DNA from: a virus
Taxonomy: Duplodnaviria; Caudoviricetes
Virus record (IMG/VR): IMGVR_UViG_3300037461_001664
Coordinates: 1 to 42,855 of that record
Reading direction: 5' to 3' (one strand)
DNA length: 42,855 nucleotides
Within the stretch, counting starts at the first letter, position 1; the number at the start of each line of letters is the position of its first letter. The notes under the pieces were generated by a model. That model had not been told where the DNA came from and did not search any database. It saw nothing but the letters and a program-made list of their open reading frames with translations. Below are positions 26,922 to 36,262 of the stretch, in pieces. The translations under genes and the position numbers were made by a program.

Positions 26922-28874
26922 TTAGGTTGTCACCTGACGGTCGACTTCCACGAATTTGCTGGTGGTTGAATTCCAGTACACTTCCAGGAAGTCTCCCACT
27001 GCTGTGGGGATCCAGGCATCGATGTTGCTGAAATAACCGCTCTTGGCAGTTTTGGAAGCATTGGTGGCGGATCCGCACTCAATCCGGTACACAATACCCT
27101 CGGTGGCACTGGTGATGTTGGAGATGGTGGTGGATCCGGAATTTGCAATCGTCTTAAACCGGTCGTTCTTGCTGCCATCACAGGTGGTGGCATCTGCAAG
27201 AAGCTCGGTGTAAGGATCGTTCAGGAAGATGAACTGATTGGCCCGTGCACTGGCAGCGAGCTCCACTGCAGAGGCATACTTGCGTCCGATCAGATAGGCA
27301 CCGGAGCCCTCTCTCCACCAGCTGGCAGCGATCAGCTCCTCGAGATCCCTCTGGAAGTAGATCTTCTCCATCTCACCCGGAACATCTTCGTACAGCTCCA
27401 CATTTTCCGGCATGGTGATCCACATCACACACAGGTTGCCCATGTTGGGCACCCCTACGATCCCGTCAATGGCCGAGTCGATCACCTGAAGCACCGGCCC
27501 CTTGAAGTCCAGATCGGTGCCATAGGCAGTACGATAAAGGGCTTTGTACCAGGGGATGTGCTTTTCATTCATGTAGAGGTAGTAACCACGAAGGGAGGGG
27601 ACGATCTGACTCACTTTTTCCACAAAGCTCTCCACATAGGTGAGCAGGGTGCTGGAGGTGTACATGCTCAGGTCCGTGAAGGGCTCCACCTGGAAAGCAG
27701 CCACATAGCTGCGAAGCCTTTTCACCACACCATCTGAACCGAACATATGGTGACCGGCTGTTCCTTCGGTGGGCTCGATGCGATAGCCGCGGATCCGGCG
27801 CTGCTCCCGTTCATTGAACAGGACCTTCAGCGTCTGTACCATCAGCCACTCAATGAATGTCCACTTCATCGGATCGGATCCTTCGCGGTTCAGGTAACCT
27901 ACATATTCCTTCTCCAGGAGCTTCAGCAGGGTGAAGTTATGCTTGAACATCACATCATCCACCTTAGCCACCTCGGGGATCAGTTTAAAGGTGCCTTTGT
28001 ACACTTTACCGGCCTGGTATGCCTGGCTGAACTCCGTGAAGAACGAATTGGTCATGACCATTTTGTTCTGCACCCCGTAACGGACCGGGAAAATAGCTGA
28101 CACAGAGGGGAGGCTCCTGATATAGGCTACCAGGGCATCCTGGCGCCTTACCACGTATTCATTGCCGTAACCGGTATTGTCGAAGGAGTCGTAGTTGATG
28201 CTGGAGACCATATCCTTGGTGCCGAGCACTCCCATTTCGTGAAGCTGCTTCACACGGTTGCCCAGGCTCTCGGAATACTTATTGAACTCATCCCGGAAAG
28301 CCGTGGCATCACCACGGGACCAGTCATCCTTGATCCTCCTGGTGACGGTGATTTCATTCCATGGTTTTGACCTGGAGAAGAATTCATGATCGATGCCAAA
28401 AGCATGGGTGGCGGTATGTACCCCGCCGGTGACGGGTGGTTTGGTCTTTTTGGGATCAGCAGGCACTTTGGTTGGGTTGCCAGGCTCCGGGCCGGCACCC
28501 AGTTTGTCGATGACCTGCTGCTGGGCAGTCACTGTTGATTTGAGATTCCGGATCTCTTCTGCCACGTTCACCGGCTGGGCGGCCGCCTGGGTAACAGCGG
28601 CCGGCTGGGCCGGCTCGGCTGCAGCAGCCTGGGCAACCGGTTCGGCTGCAGGAGGTTCAGAGGTTTCGGAAAACAGAGCGGTGAGAGCTTCCTGGTGTTC
28701 TTTCTCGAGCTGAGGCACCTTTTGGGCGTCCTTGATCGCATTGAGAATGTCCACACCATGCTCCTTCTTGAACTCAGCAGAAAACTTCTGCCAGTCCTCA
28801 CTGGTCATCTCTTTGTTTTTGATTTTGTCAAAGAGCCCCAGCTTTCTCGCTAAAGCCATGATCTTTTCTTTCAT
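26922..28874 (-). CDS. Major capsid protein with N-terminal scaffold-like region and C-terminal extra domain (650 aa)
   Basis: Directly after the S49 protease; Ala/Pro-rich N-region; core FSQAYQAG..YLNREGSDPMKWTFIEW. Confidence 0.75.
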   Translation of the reverse strand: MKEKIMALARKLGLFDKIKNKEMTSEDWQKFSAEFKKEHGVDILNAIKDAQKVPQLEKEHQEALTALFSETSEPPAAEPVAQAAAAEPAQPAAVTQAAAQPVNVAEEIRNLKSTVTAQQQVIDKLGAGPEPGNPTKVPADPKKTKPPVTGGVHTATHAFGIDHEFFSRSKPWNEITVTRRIKDDWSRGDATAFRDEFNKYSESLGNRVKQLHEMGVLGTKDMVSSINYDSFDNTGYGNEYVVRRQDALVAYIRSLPSVSAIFPVRYGVQNKMVMTNSFFTEFSQAYQAGKVYKGTFKLIPEVAKVDDVMFKHNFTLLKLLEKEYVGYLNREGSDPMKWTFIEWLMVQTLKVLFNEREQRRIRGYRIEPTEGTAGHHMFGSDGVVKRLRSYVAAFQVEPFTDLSMYTSSTLLTYVESFVEKVSQIVPSLRGYYLYMNEKHIPWYKALYRTAYGTDLDFKGPVLQVIDSAIDGIVGVPNMGNLCVMWITMPENVELYEDVPGEMEKIYFQRDLEELIAASWWREGSGAYLIGRKYASAVELAASARANQFIFLNDPYTELLADATTCDGSKNDRFKTIANSGSTTISNITSATEGIVYRIECGSATNASKTAKSGYFSNIDAWIPTAVGDFLEVYWNSTTSKFVEVDRQVTT

Positions 28875-28885
28875 GATTTATCGTT

Positions 28886-29767
28886 TTAAGTGAATAGTTT
28901 GGATGTTGTATTGGTCATATAATCAAAAGCATACTGTACGATATCCTCTAAAGGCATCACCTCATCCACCAGGCCGTTCTTCTGGGCATCATAGGCATAG
29001 AACTGCCTGCCTTCAATGATGCCTTCCACCGATAAGTCAAGACTGGGCCGGTATGTTTTCACCACGTTCTGGAAGCGCTGAGCCCATGGAGAGAGCTCTT
29101 CCTGGATGAGCAGCTGCGGTTTGCCGTTCAAGGCTTCGTTGTAAGCCCGGTTCTTCCATTTGGATTCAGGGGGGACGATCTCGATGATCTTCAGCCCAAA
29201 TTCCTCTTTCATCTTCCTGTCATCAAGGATCCTGGCCATGATGCCAATGGATCCCACTTCTGCCATCTGGTCGATGGCAATGATCTTATCAGCGAACAAT
29301 GAGATGTAATAAGCGGCGCTCATAGCCATGGAGTCCACAGCAGCTATCACCGGTTTGTTGCGGGCCTGGATAGCTGCCTCCAGGGGAATGACTGAATGGG
29401 TGGTGCCACCAATGGAATGGATCCGGAGTATGACCGCTTTGACAGAGGGATCCTTGTAGGCATCCCTGAGGCTGGAGGCATATTCTTCGGAACCATAATC
29501 CCACCAGTCACCATACTTGGTAAGCATCCCACGGATGGGTATGATGGCTACTGATTCCTGGGTGGTCTGTTCGGCTTTTTCAGTGGTATCCAGTTCATCA
29601 AAATCAAACGAGAACCGCCTCATCAGGGAGGCATTCTTCTTCTCAGGCATGTCCGCCTGTTCGCCACGAAGTATCTGTTCGATATAAGGCAGATAGAGCT
29701 GCAGGGCCGGGGCATAAACAGCTACATTGCCATCAAGGATCTCTTTGATGAAGTCGGGATAGATCAT
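28886..29767 (-). CDS. S49/SppA-family prohead protease (293 aa)
   Basis: AIIPIRGML, ILRIHSIGG, AMSAAYYI, VGSIGI and GLVDEV motifs. Confidence 0.92.
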   Translation of the reverse strand: MIYPDFIKEILDGNVAVYAPALQLYLPYIEQILRGEQADMPEKKNASLMRRFSFDFDELDTTEKAEQTTQESVAIIPIRGMLTKYGDWWDYGSEEYASSLRDAYKDPSVKAVILRIHSIGGTTHSVIPLEAAIQARNKPVIAAVDSMAMSAAYYISLFADKIIAIDQMAEVGSIGIMARILDDRKMKEEFGLKIIEIVPPESKWKNRAYNEALNGKPQLLIQEELSPWAQRFQNVVKTYRPSLDLSVEGIIEGRQFYAYDAQKNGLVDEVMPLEDIVQYAFDYMTNTTSKLFT

Positions 29768-29788
29768 TGCCGGTGAATTAATTCACGG

Positions 29789-29823
29789 CAATATTAAATC
29801 AAGGGCCTCCGGAAGGGAAGGAC
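29789..29823 (-). promoter_or_regulatory. Putative late promoter (protease/capsid)
   Basis: GTCCTTC-N20-TAATATTG. Confidence 0.7.
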
Positions 29824-29860
29824 AGGGGAGAGGCTTGTTAAGTTATTGTTTTATTGATTG

Positions 29861-30244
29861 TTAGAATGTAAGTTCTGGTTCTTCCCATTTAACAATAAGC
29901 TTGGATCCCGGGAGTTGTCTGTCAAGCCCCTCTACCTGTGCCGGATACTCCATGCTACCAAAAAGGACCGTGTTTCCGTTACTAAGGGTTAGGGAGAAGA
30001 TCAGGTCGCGGTGAAGGATCTCGTTCAGATCATCATATTCCATATCAGAATAAATATCCAGGGTTTGTTTTGAGTAAGGGCCCGCCTCATTGGACTTCAA
30101 CTCCTGGGAGTGTTCTACTTTACTGGCCGTTAATGACCTCATGGTAAAACCGCTCTTCAGGGTGATATCAGTACCATCGACTTCATCGATTTCACTCTTT
30201 GGGACATATTCCAGTTTTTCGCAGAAGATGATTTTTGTGCTCAT
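29861..30244 (-). CDS. Small beta-rich protein, tail-tube-like fold suspected (127 aa)
   Basis: ITLKSG..YSKQTL..VLFGSMEYP pattern parallels the 339-aa core. Confidence 0.6.
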   Translation of the reverse strand: MSTKIIFCEKLEYVPKSEIDEVDGTDITLKSGFTMRSLTASKVEHSQELKSNEAGPYSKQTLDIYSDMEYDDLNEILHRDLIFSLTLSNGNTVLFGSMEYPAQVEGLDRQLPGSKLIVKWEEPELTF

Positions 30245-30294
30245 GGTAATGGTTATTAATTGTTACTATATTTATTCAGTCTAAATTTACCTAT

Positions 30295-30333
30295 CGTCGC
30301 GCACCGTCGCGCACCGACTACATAGCGTCGCGC
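30295..30333. repeat. Three CGTCGCGC repeats
   Basis: Copies start at 30295, 30305 and 30326 in an AT-rich intergenic region. Confidence 0.8.
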
Positions 30334-30352
30334 GATGTTAAAAAAAGGGCGC

Positions 30353-30862
30353 TCAACTGATGCGATTTTTTATATTTTTGCTTCTTAAAACACTCCTTTT
30401 CCTGAAACGTTGGTCTCGTTCCTTTTTAAGATACCTTTGATATTCTTTGAATAACCGGTCTTCATAATCGACCGGGATACCCCATTCATCCATCAGCTGG
30501 TAGATAATTTCATTTTTAAAGAATCCTTTTTTCCTTCCAATGGCTATCTCCTCATGGAATAAAGTCAGGAAGTATTCCCTGATCCGGTTCTGGATCATCT
30601 TGTTCTTAACCTCAGATATGTAGTTGTAATAAAACGGATCCTTATGGTCCATATGGGGGATGCTGATATAAAAGTCCCAGGGATGGGGATCGCTTTTAGC
30701 CGGCATGTCCCTGGGGGGGATTGAAAGATAAAACTCCAGACGCATCAATAGATCATTTCCTTTCGGAAACTCAAATACCGGATTGTGCTGGTCAAAGTGA
30801 CCACGCAGGAACTTCTGCAGGAATGGATCCAGCTTTATCTTTACAGCATATCCTGATGGCAT
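30353..30862 (-). CDS. Hypothetical protein, candidate late transcription activator (169 aa)
   Basis: Last gene before the head module; basic helical C-terminus; function inferred from position only. Confidence 0.55.
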   Translation of the reverse strand: MPSGYAVKIKLDPFLQKFLRGHFDQHNPVFEFPKGNDLLMRLEFYLSIPPRDMPAKSDPHPWDFYISIPHMDHKDPFYYNYISEVKNKMIQNRIREYFLTLFHEEIAIGRKKGFFKNEIIYQLMDEWGIPVDYEDRLFKEYQRYLKKERDQRFRKRSVLRSKNIKNRIS

Positions 30863-30901
30863 AGATAGTCAACTTTTATTAATAATTTGTCGCTTTCTTT
30901 C

Positions 30902-31243
30902 TTAAAATAATTCCAATTGTCCTGACTTCTTTTCAACATCCCAAATACTCCGAAGAATTGCAATTGTCTTCCTTCTGGGAATTTTAATGGTATTCATTTC
31001 TTCATCGACTAATTCACAGTCAAGAGATCTCTTGTATTCGAATAACCAGTATGGTTTAAATGAATCTGGTAAAGTAAAACCACCACCTAATCCAAATACG
31101 GCCCCAATAAGTTCATTGAAATCCTTATGTATAGTCAAAGCCTTTACATTGCAGTTTTTACTGCAATCAAAACACATGGTATAAATCATTCGATTCATGC
31201 AATACTTCAAGGTGTTAAACAGATGCTCTTCCATAAATTCCAT
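30902..31243 (-). CDS. Hypothetical Cys-containing protein (113 aa)
   Basis: AT-rich ORF with CFDCSKNC; ends in QLELF. Confidence 0.6.
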   Translation of the reverse strand: MEFMEEHLFNTLKYCMNRMIYTMCFDCSKNCNVKALTIHKDFNELIGAVFGLGGGFTLPDSFKPYWLFEYKRSLDCELVDEEMNTIKIPRRKTIAILRSIWDVEKKSGQLELF

Positions 31244-31249
31244 TAATGT

Positions 31250-31321
31250 GAAAAAGAGGGCTGCAACTAAAAAAGAACGAACCCAATTTGAATGAAAAAG
31301 AACGATTTTTTGCAGCCCTCT
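31250..31321 (-). terminator. Large-loop terminator/attenuator
   Basis: Perfect 12-bp inverted repeat AGAGGGCTGCAA/TTGCAGCCCTCT followed by a T run on the minus strand. Confidence 0.55.
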
Positions 31322-31326
31322 GTACC

Positions 31327-31851
31327 TTATTTATTATACCTCCATTCGCATACTTCGCCCCGTTCATCATTTATCCACGCTTTTGCGTCTTTAAGGTGTT
31401 CAAATCTGCAAATCGTTACCGATCCGGGAGCATGCACATTTTTCAGATCAGCCCGGATATTGACAGCATACCCTTTCTCTTTGGTCAGGGTATCGCCAAA
31501 TTGATTGATAAGACTTTGCCCGACCTTTAGTTGAAGATACTCATACATGTCATGGTCGATCCATGCCATTATCTTTCCGTTCATGCCTGGCTGGGGCGTG
31601 ACATCAAAGGAGTCAAATACCCGGTCGACGAAACGCTGCAGGTAGGGATCATCCCACTCCTGAATAATTTTGTCGAGCTTTTCAATGTTCTCTTCTGTCC
31701 GCTCAACACGGAAGACCCGGAGAACTTGCTCAAGTGTGGTTAGTTTTTTCATTGTATTATGTTTTGGTTTCCGATTCCGTAGTCTTTCAATTTCATCAAA
31801 GGCTTTTAAATTGACAGATTCAATTGTGTGCAAGATTCCAAGCTGTGTCAT
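31327..31851 (-). CDS. Hypothetical early protein (174 aa; alternative start 31752)
   Basis: ORF in the early operon orientation. Confidence 0.65.
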   Translation of the reverse strand: MTQLGILHTIESVNLKAFDEIERLRNRKPKHNTMKKLTTLEQVLRVFRVERTEENIEKLDKIIQEWDDPYLQRFVDRVFDSFDVTPQPGMNGKIMAWIDHDMYEYLQLKVGQSLINQFGDTLTKEKGYAVNIRADLKNVHAPGSVTICRFEHLKDAKAWINDERGEVCEWRYNK

Positions 31852-31862
31852 GGCTGCTCCTC

Positions 31863-32129
31863 CTACTTTGATAACGTTTTCCCTTTTCTTACCACGATAC
31901 CTTGGTTAGCCCGGCTTTCAACTAACCACAGATTCAAATTCGATCGCTTCCGGCAATGCTCCTGATCATAATAGTGCCTTTGATGAAACCTGGCCTCTTC
32001 ATTCAGGCAGCTTGTCGGAACGCATCCGACAAGCATCCGGCCAAAGAAGTAAAGCAAGCTGATCAGAATGATAGCATACCATATACGGTTCTCGCGCCGC
32101 TCACGTTTTTTGTCATTCTCTGTTTTCAT
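31863..32129 (-). CDS. Small membrane protein or lipoprotein candidate (88 aa)
   Basis: Hydrophobic helix ending in LVG|C. Confidence 0.5.
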   Translation of the reverse strand: MKTENDKKRERRENRIWYAIILISLLYFFGRMLVGCVPTSCLNEEARFHQRHYYDQEHCRKRSNLNLWLVESRANQGIVVRKGKTLSK

Positions 32130-32134
32130 GTTTT

Positions 32135-32305
32135 TTACGTATATAAAATTTCACATTTTTTCAGAATCCTTGATTGATCAGGATACTGTTGTTTAATCCA
32201 TTCAATACCGTTAATGATGGTTCTGAATTTTCTGGTGATCATACCAACACCTTCAATATGGAAGGTGAGTTGGTACCCTTTCACTGTCTTACTCTTTGCC
32301 TTCAT
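32135..32305 (-). CDS. Hypothetical protein (56 aa; absent from ORF track)
   Basis: MKAKSKTVKGYQLTFHIEG...; tiles the operon. Confidence 0.55.
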   Translation of the reverse strand: MKAKSKTVKGYQLTFHIEGVGMITRKFRTIINGIEWIKQQYPDQSRILKKCEILYT

Positions 32306-32432
32306 TTGTTTTGTTCTGATTAAGTTTTGCTTCGGATCCTCTTAGAAAGAGCATGATGATGATCACCATACCGATCCAGATGATCACTCCAAGCATACAC
32401 CAGTATTCAATTATCATTTTTATAGCTGTCAT
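32289..32432 (-). CDS. Small single-TM protein (47 aa; absent from ORF track)
   Basis: ATGA-coupled; LGVIIWIGMVIIIMLFL helix. Confidence 0.5.
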   Translation of the reverse strand: MTAIKMIIEYWCMLGVIIWIGMVIIIMLFLRGSEAKLNQNKTNEGKE

Positions 32433-32671
32433 GGTTCAGAAGTAAAGACAAACACCCTGTGATCACTGATAAATGGCTCCAGAAACTTAGCTGTAAGACT
32501 GTCGGTGACCTCATAAAGCTGATAAACCGGCCAGTGAATCCCAAAAATCAGGAATTTCATCCCTGTTTTTTTACGGCCATTCACATGAAAGTCATCCATC
32601 GAAGCTTCCCTGGCATCACCAGGTAACTTTTCCAGGTACTTTAATCCATTTTGATCAGTGAGGTATTCCAT
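32429..32671 (-). CDS. Hypothetical protein (80 aa)
   Basis: First ORF after the iteron array. Confidence 0.7.
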   Translation of the reverse strand: MEYLTDQNGLKYLEKLPGDAREASMDDFHVNGRKKTGMKFLIFGIHWPVYQLYEVTDSLTAKFLEPFISDHRVFVFTSEP

Positions 32672-32718
32672 AAAAAAAATATTTCATTTAGAATTGGGAT
32701 ATATTTTTTTAAAAAACT

Positions 32719-32925
32719 AACTACCAAAACTACCAACCACATTATCAATACTTTATAAAATATATTTGGTAGTTTTTGGTAGTTTTTAGGGTGTTTTGGT
32801 AGTTTTTGGTAGTTTTTTTAACATATACAACTTCCCTAAATACTACCAAAAACTACCAAAAACTACCAAATTTTAAAGCTATTTTATTAATAATCAATGA
32901 AGTAGTTTTGGTAGTTTTGGTAGTT
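32719..32925. repeat. Iteron-like array (ACTACCAA), putative replication origin
   Basis: About 11-12 copies in four alternating-orientation blocks, 9-10 bp period, AT-rich, directly downstream of the primase gene. Confidence 0.8.
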
Positions 32926-32965
32926 GACATTTTTTCAATATTTCGGTGTTGCATCATTTTTTTTA

Positions 32966-35900
32966 TCAAAAAGGAAGTTTTTCAGCCGGTTCATGAAATA
33001 AATCCGGTTTTACCACCTTCATCATTATATCCATCTTACCTTCAATAATCCTGGTCAGGTTAATTCCGATCTTGACATAATCAAAACAGTATGCCGTGGT
33101 GACCTGAATATGCTCTTTCATCTCTCCAGCCTCCCTGTCATACTCCTTATAGATAAACTTTGAGCTCCTCTCCACACCGATATAGTACTTGGCATTCTCC
33201 AGGTAGTATTTTAATGTGGTGTTTGGCAGAACTGTTTGCCCCGTTTTCCTTGCATGCTCTGCATAGAGTTTGTAGATGCTGGAGAATTTAAGTTTAAGCA
33301 CCTCAATGGCAGGCTCCATAGTCCTTTTAATATCCACCAGGTTCAACTCATCACACCAGTCAATTTTAAAGTGCCACCGGTCGATCAGGATGTTCTCATC
33401 GAACAATGCCTCAATGATCTCCCAGAAGATGGCCAGCTCATTGCTCTTTGATATCTGATTATTCTGGTCACGGACACTCCGGATCCCCACCTCTTTCAAT
33501 TCATCAAAGGTGAAAGGCAAATCCAGCTTATTCTCCAGCACCTTAAAGGCAGCCAGGATGGTGCACATGCTCCGGAGGATCCGGTCCTCAATGTTAGATT
33601 TCTCAAGCCTGGTATAGACATCTCCAAGCACATCCTCATAGGTGGAGTAGTAATGTTTTTCGAAATATTCCCTGTGGGCTATAACCTGAGCGGAAAGATG
33701 GGAAAGCCCTTCATTTTCCATAGCCTTAAGCTCATCATAGGATTGCTTTTCCTCCCGGGAGAATTCCGTCTTCTTGAACTGCAGGAAGATCACCCTGGAG
33801 AAAAGAGCCACATCAGCAGTAGGCATCTCCTGACCCGAGAGGATCACCGCTGAATTGACCAGGGTGGTCTCTTTCTTTTTTCCCTTATCCATATTCAGCC
33901 TGGACCGGCCAATGGCATCATAGATGCTCTTCAGGGTCTCCACCTTGTCATAGTCCAGGTTATTTTTATATTCATCCACCCATGCCAGGGCATTGATAAA
34001 TTGCTGGATATGTTCAGCCAGCCCGGGCTTGGTGCCATTATGGATGTTGAAAGGAGTCTGGCCCGAACCAAACAGGCAGCTCAAAGACATGGCCAGCTGG
34101 CTCTTACCGGATCCTTTGGGCCCGAACAGGTTAAGGATAGGGAAGTTTTTGAAGATGTGCAGGATGAAGTCACGGTGCATCCCTGCCAGCCAGAAGGCTA
34201 TTGAGATTATGGCATTGTCCTCAAATACGGCCATGAACTTCTCAGCCCACTGCCTCATAGGGATCTCGCGGGACTTATAGGAGAACTTACGTTCATCGAT
34301 GAATACACTCCTGTCATCGATATAGATTTTAGAGAAGGCAGGAATATAAAAGTACTTGCTGTTATGTTCCACGATACCGTTCTCATCCACGGCCTGAAAC
34401 CCATTGGAGTTGGTGATGCCGTTGGCCCATGCCCAGAAACCTTCATTCTGCCAGCCCAGGTTGCGGATCTCCAAACATGTGCGGGTTTGCTCATAGAGCT
34501 TAAGCTTGAGCTTATTCATATGAGAATCGGTGCCCCAGAAAAGGAAGTTGCCACGGCCCTCGATATTCTTCCGGAAGCTGCCCAGGGAGGTCATCTCCAT
34601 CATGTCAAAGTCGATGACACACCTGTACCCTTTGTAATTGATCAGCTCATAGATCCTTTTGGTGTCGTTGATGCTCTCCACATGGAAAAGCGGACGCATG
34701 ATGAAGTTGGAGAACTTCCGGATGCCGTCCCTGGTCCGGAAATAGTATTCATTATTGTAGGAGTAGAAGCCCCACTTCTCATACTCCTTCACATCCACTC
34801 CTTCGGGGATGTCCACTTCATCATCCCCGCCTTCAGCATCAGCCTGGGTGACAATCTCATCCAGCTTTTCCTGGAAGAGCTTCCTGTTAACAGAGCAGCG
34901 TTTGGAGATCTGCTCGATATAGAATGCCTGCAGGGTTGATTCATTCAGCAATGACAGCAGCCGGCTGATCTCATTGACTGCTTCATGCTTGACCATGGGA
35001 TCGTCGGCTGCTTTCTCAAAGAGCTGCGAGGATCTCAGAAAGAGATAATCCTGTTTGTTTTTACTGATGGATTCAACCGTCTGGGAATTGAAGTAATCGA
35101 ACGGATCCTGCCCTTCTTCAAGGGAGAACACCTTTACGTTCATGCCCATCGAAAGGCAGAGTTCACCGTTACGAATCACAGCTTTACGGCCGGCACTGTC
35201 ACCGTCAAAGATCAGGATCACATTCTTTGTAAAACGCCTGATGACTGTAAGCTGCTCGGATGTCAATGCAGTGCCACAGGGTGCCACTGTGTTGATCAGG
35301 TCCAGGGAGTGCAGCCGGATCACATCGGTATAGCCTTCCACAATATGGCAGCAATCCTTTTCCTGGATCGCTTTCCATGCGAAGTTCAGGCCATAGAGAA
35401 CCTGGCTTTTGTGATAGACCGGTGTGTCGGGGGAGTTAAGGTACTTAACCTGGTCACTGACAGTCTTAAACGTTCTGCCTCCAAAAGCAATCACCCGGCC
35501 GGTACGGTTAAAGATAGGGAAGATGATACGGTCGCGGAAGTAATCATAGACTTTATTATTCTTTTCCGATTGCTTCACCAGGGTGCTCTTCAGAAGAAAC
35601 TCTTCCAGGTATCCGGCCTCCCTGGCAGCTTTAAAGAATCCATCCCAGGAATCAGGTGCATACCCGATCCTGAACTGTATGATCTCGTCCTTCGACATCC
35701 GGCTTTCCGCGTAATCCAACGGACCGGATCCTTTCTGGAAAGCAGCCATACTTTTCTGCAGTTGCTGCTGGAACCATGTGGAGGCCCACTCGTTAAGGTT
35801 CATAAACTGCTCCTGGATCCGGATGGCTTCATCATCCTGCTGGCTTTCCACCTCCTGGATCCGGATGTTGTACATACCAGCCAGGTGATGGATAGCCTCC

Positions 35901-36139
35901 GGGAAAGACTTATGATGGTATTCCATCACAAAGCCCACGGTATTGCCGGATCGCCCACAACCAAAGCATTTATAAATACCTTTGCCCGGATGCACCGAGA
36001 AGCTCGGAGTCTTCTCCTGGTGAAAAGGACATAACCCGAAGAGGTTACTGCCTCTCTTCTCGAGGCTGACCACCGGCGATACCACCTCTTCGATGGACAT
36101 CCTGTCATAAATTGACTGTATATCTGTTTTTGATATCAT
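32966..36139 (-). CDS. Replication protein: CHC2 Zn finger and TOPRIM primase fused to a P-loop ATPase/helicase (1057 aa)
   Basis: CPFHQEKTPSF..CFGC; VEGYTD, FDGDSAG; GPKGSGKS and WVDEY. Confidence 0.93.
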   Translation of the reverse strand: MISKTDIQSIYDRMSIEEVVSPVVSLEKRGSNLFGLCPFHQEKTPSFSVHPGKGIYKCFGCGRSGNTVGFVMEYHHKSFPEAIHHLAGMYNIRIQEVESQQDDEAIRIQEQFMNLNEWASTWFQQQLQKSMAAFQKGSGPLDYAESRMSKDEIIQFRIGYAPDSWDGFFKAAREAGYLEEFLLKSTLVKQSEKNNKVYDYFRDRIIFPIFNRTGRVIAFGGRTFKTVSDQVKYLNSPDTPVYHKSQVLYGLNFAWKAIQEKDCCHIVEGYTDVIRLHSLDLINTVAPCGTALTSEQLTVIRRFTKNVILIFDGDSAGRKAVIRNGELCLSMGMNVKVFSLEEGQDPFDYFNSQTVESISKNKQDYLFLRSSQLFEKAADDPMVKHEAVNEISRLLSLLNESTLQAFYIEQISKRCSVNRKLFQEKLDEIVTQADAEGGDDEVDIPEGVDVKEYEKWGFYSYNNEYYFRTRDGIRKFSNFIMRPLFHVESINDTKRIYELINYKGYRCVIDFDMMEMTSLGSFRKNIEGRGNFLFWGTDSHMNKLKLKLYEQTRTCLEIRNLGWQNEGFWAWANGITNSNGFQAVDENGIVEHNSKYFYIPAFSKIYIDDRSVFIDERKFSYKSREIPMRQWAEKFMAVFEDNAIISIAFWLAGMHRDFILHIFKNFPILNLFGPKGSGKSQLAMSLSCLFGSGQTPFNIHNGTKPGLAEHIQQFINALAWVDEYKNNLDYDKVETLKSIYDAIGRSRLNMDKGKKKETTLVNSAVILSGQEMPTADVALFSRVIFLQFKKTEFSREEKQSYDELKAMENEGLSHLSAQVIAHREYFEKHYYSTYEDVLGDVYTRLEKSNIEDRILRSMCTILAAFKVLENKLDLPFTFDELKEVGIRSVRDQNNQISKSNELAIFWEIIEALFDENILIDRWHFKIDWCDELNLVDIKRTMEPAIEVLKLKFSSIYKLYAEHARKTGQTVLPNTTLKYYLENAKYYIGVERSSKFIYKEYDREAGEMKEHIQVTTAYCFDYVKIGINLTRIIEGKMDIMMKVVKPDLFHEPAEKLPF

Positions 36140-36152
36140 ATTTTATTTTCAG

Positions 36153-36182
36153 AAAGGAGGGTTACTAATCTTCACCCTCCTT
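36153..36182 (-). other. Hairpin in the primase leader
   Basis: AAGGAGGGT..ACCCTCCTT stem ending about 14 nt before the ATG. Confidence 0.45.
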
Positions 36183-36262
36183 AAAGCGGCTTCCTATGGG
36201 TGTTGGAAACCTGGTTACAGGGCACTGCCCTTTCAATGAACTAACTAAGATCAGCCCTTTGG

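Noticed and set aside
30316-30350. Ninth late promoter (GCCCTTT variant)
   Set aside because: No NAnnTTTG box at the required spacing
32719-32925. CRISPR array
   Set aside because: Units are 9-10 bp, in both orientations, with no unique spacers and no cas genes
32806-33048. 80-aa ORF over the repeat array
   Set aside because: Translation of iteron DNA; unlikely to be coding
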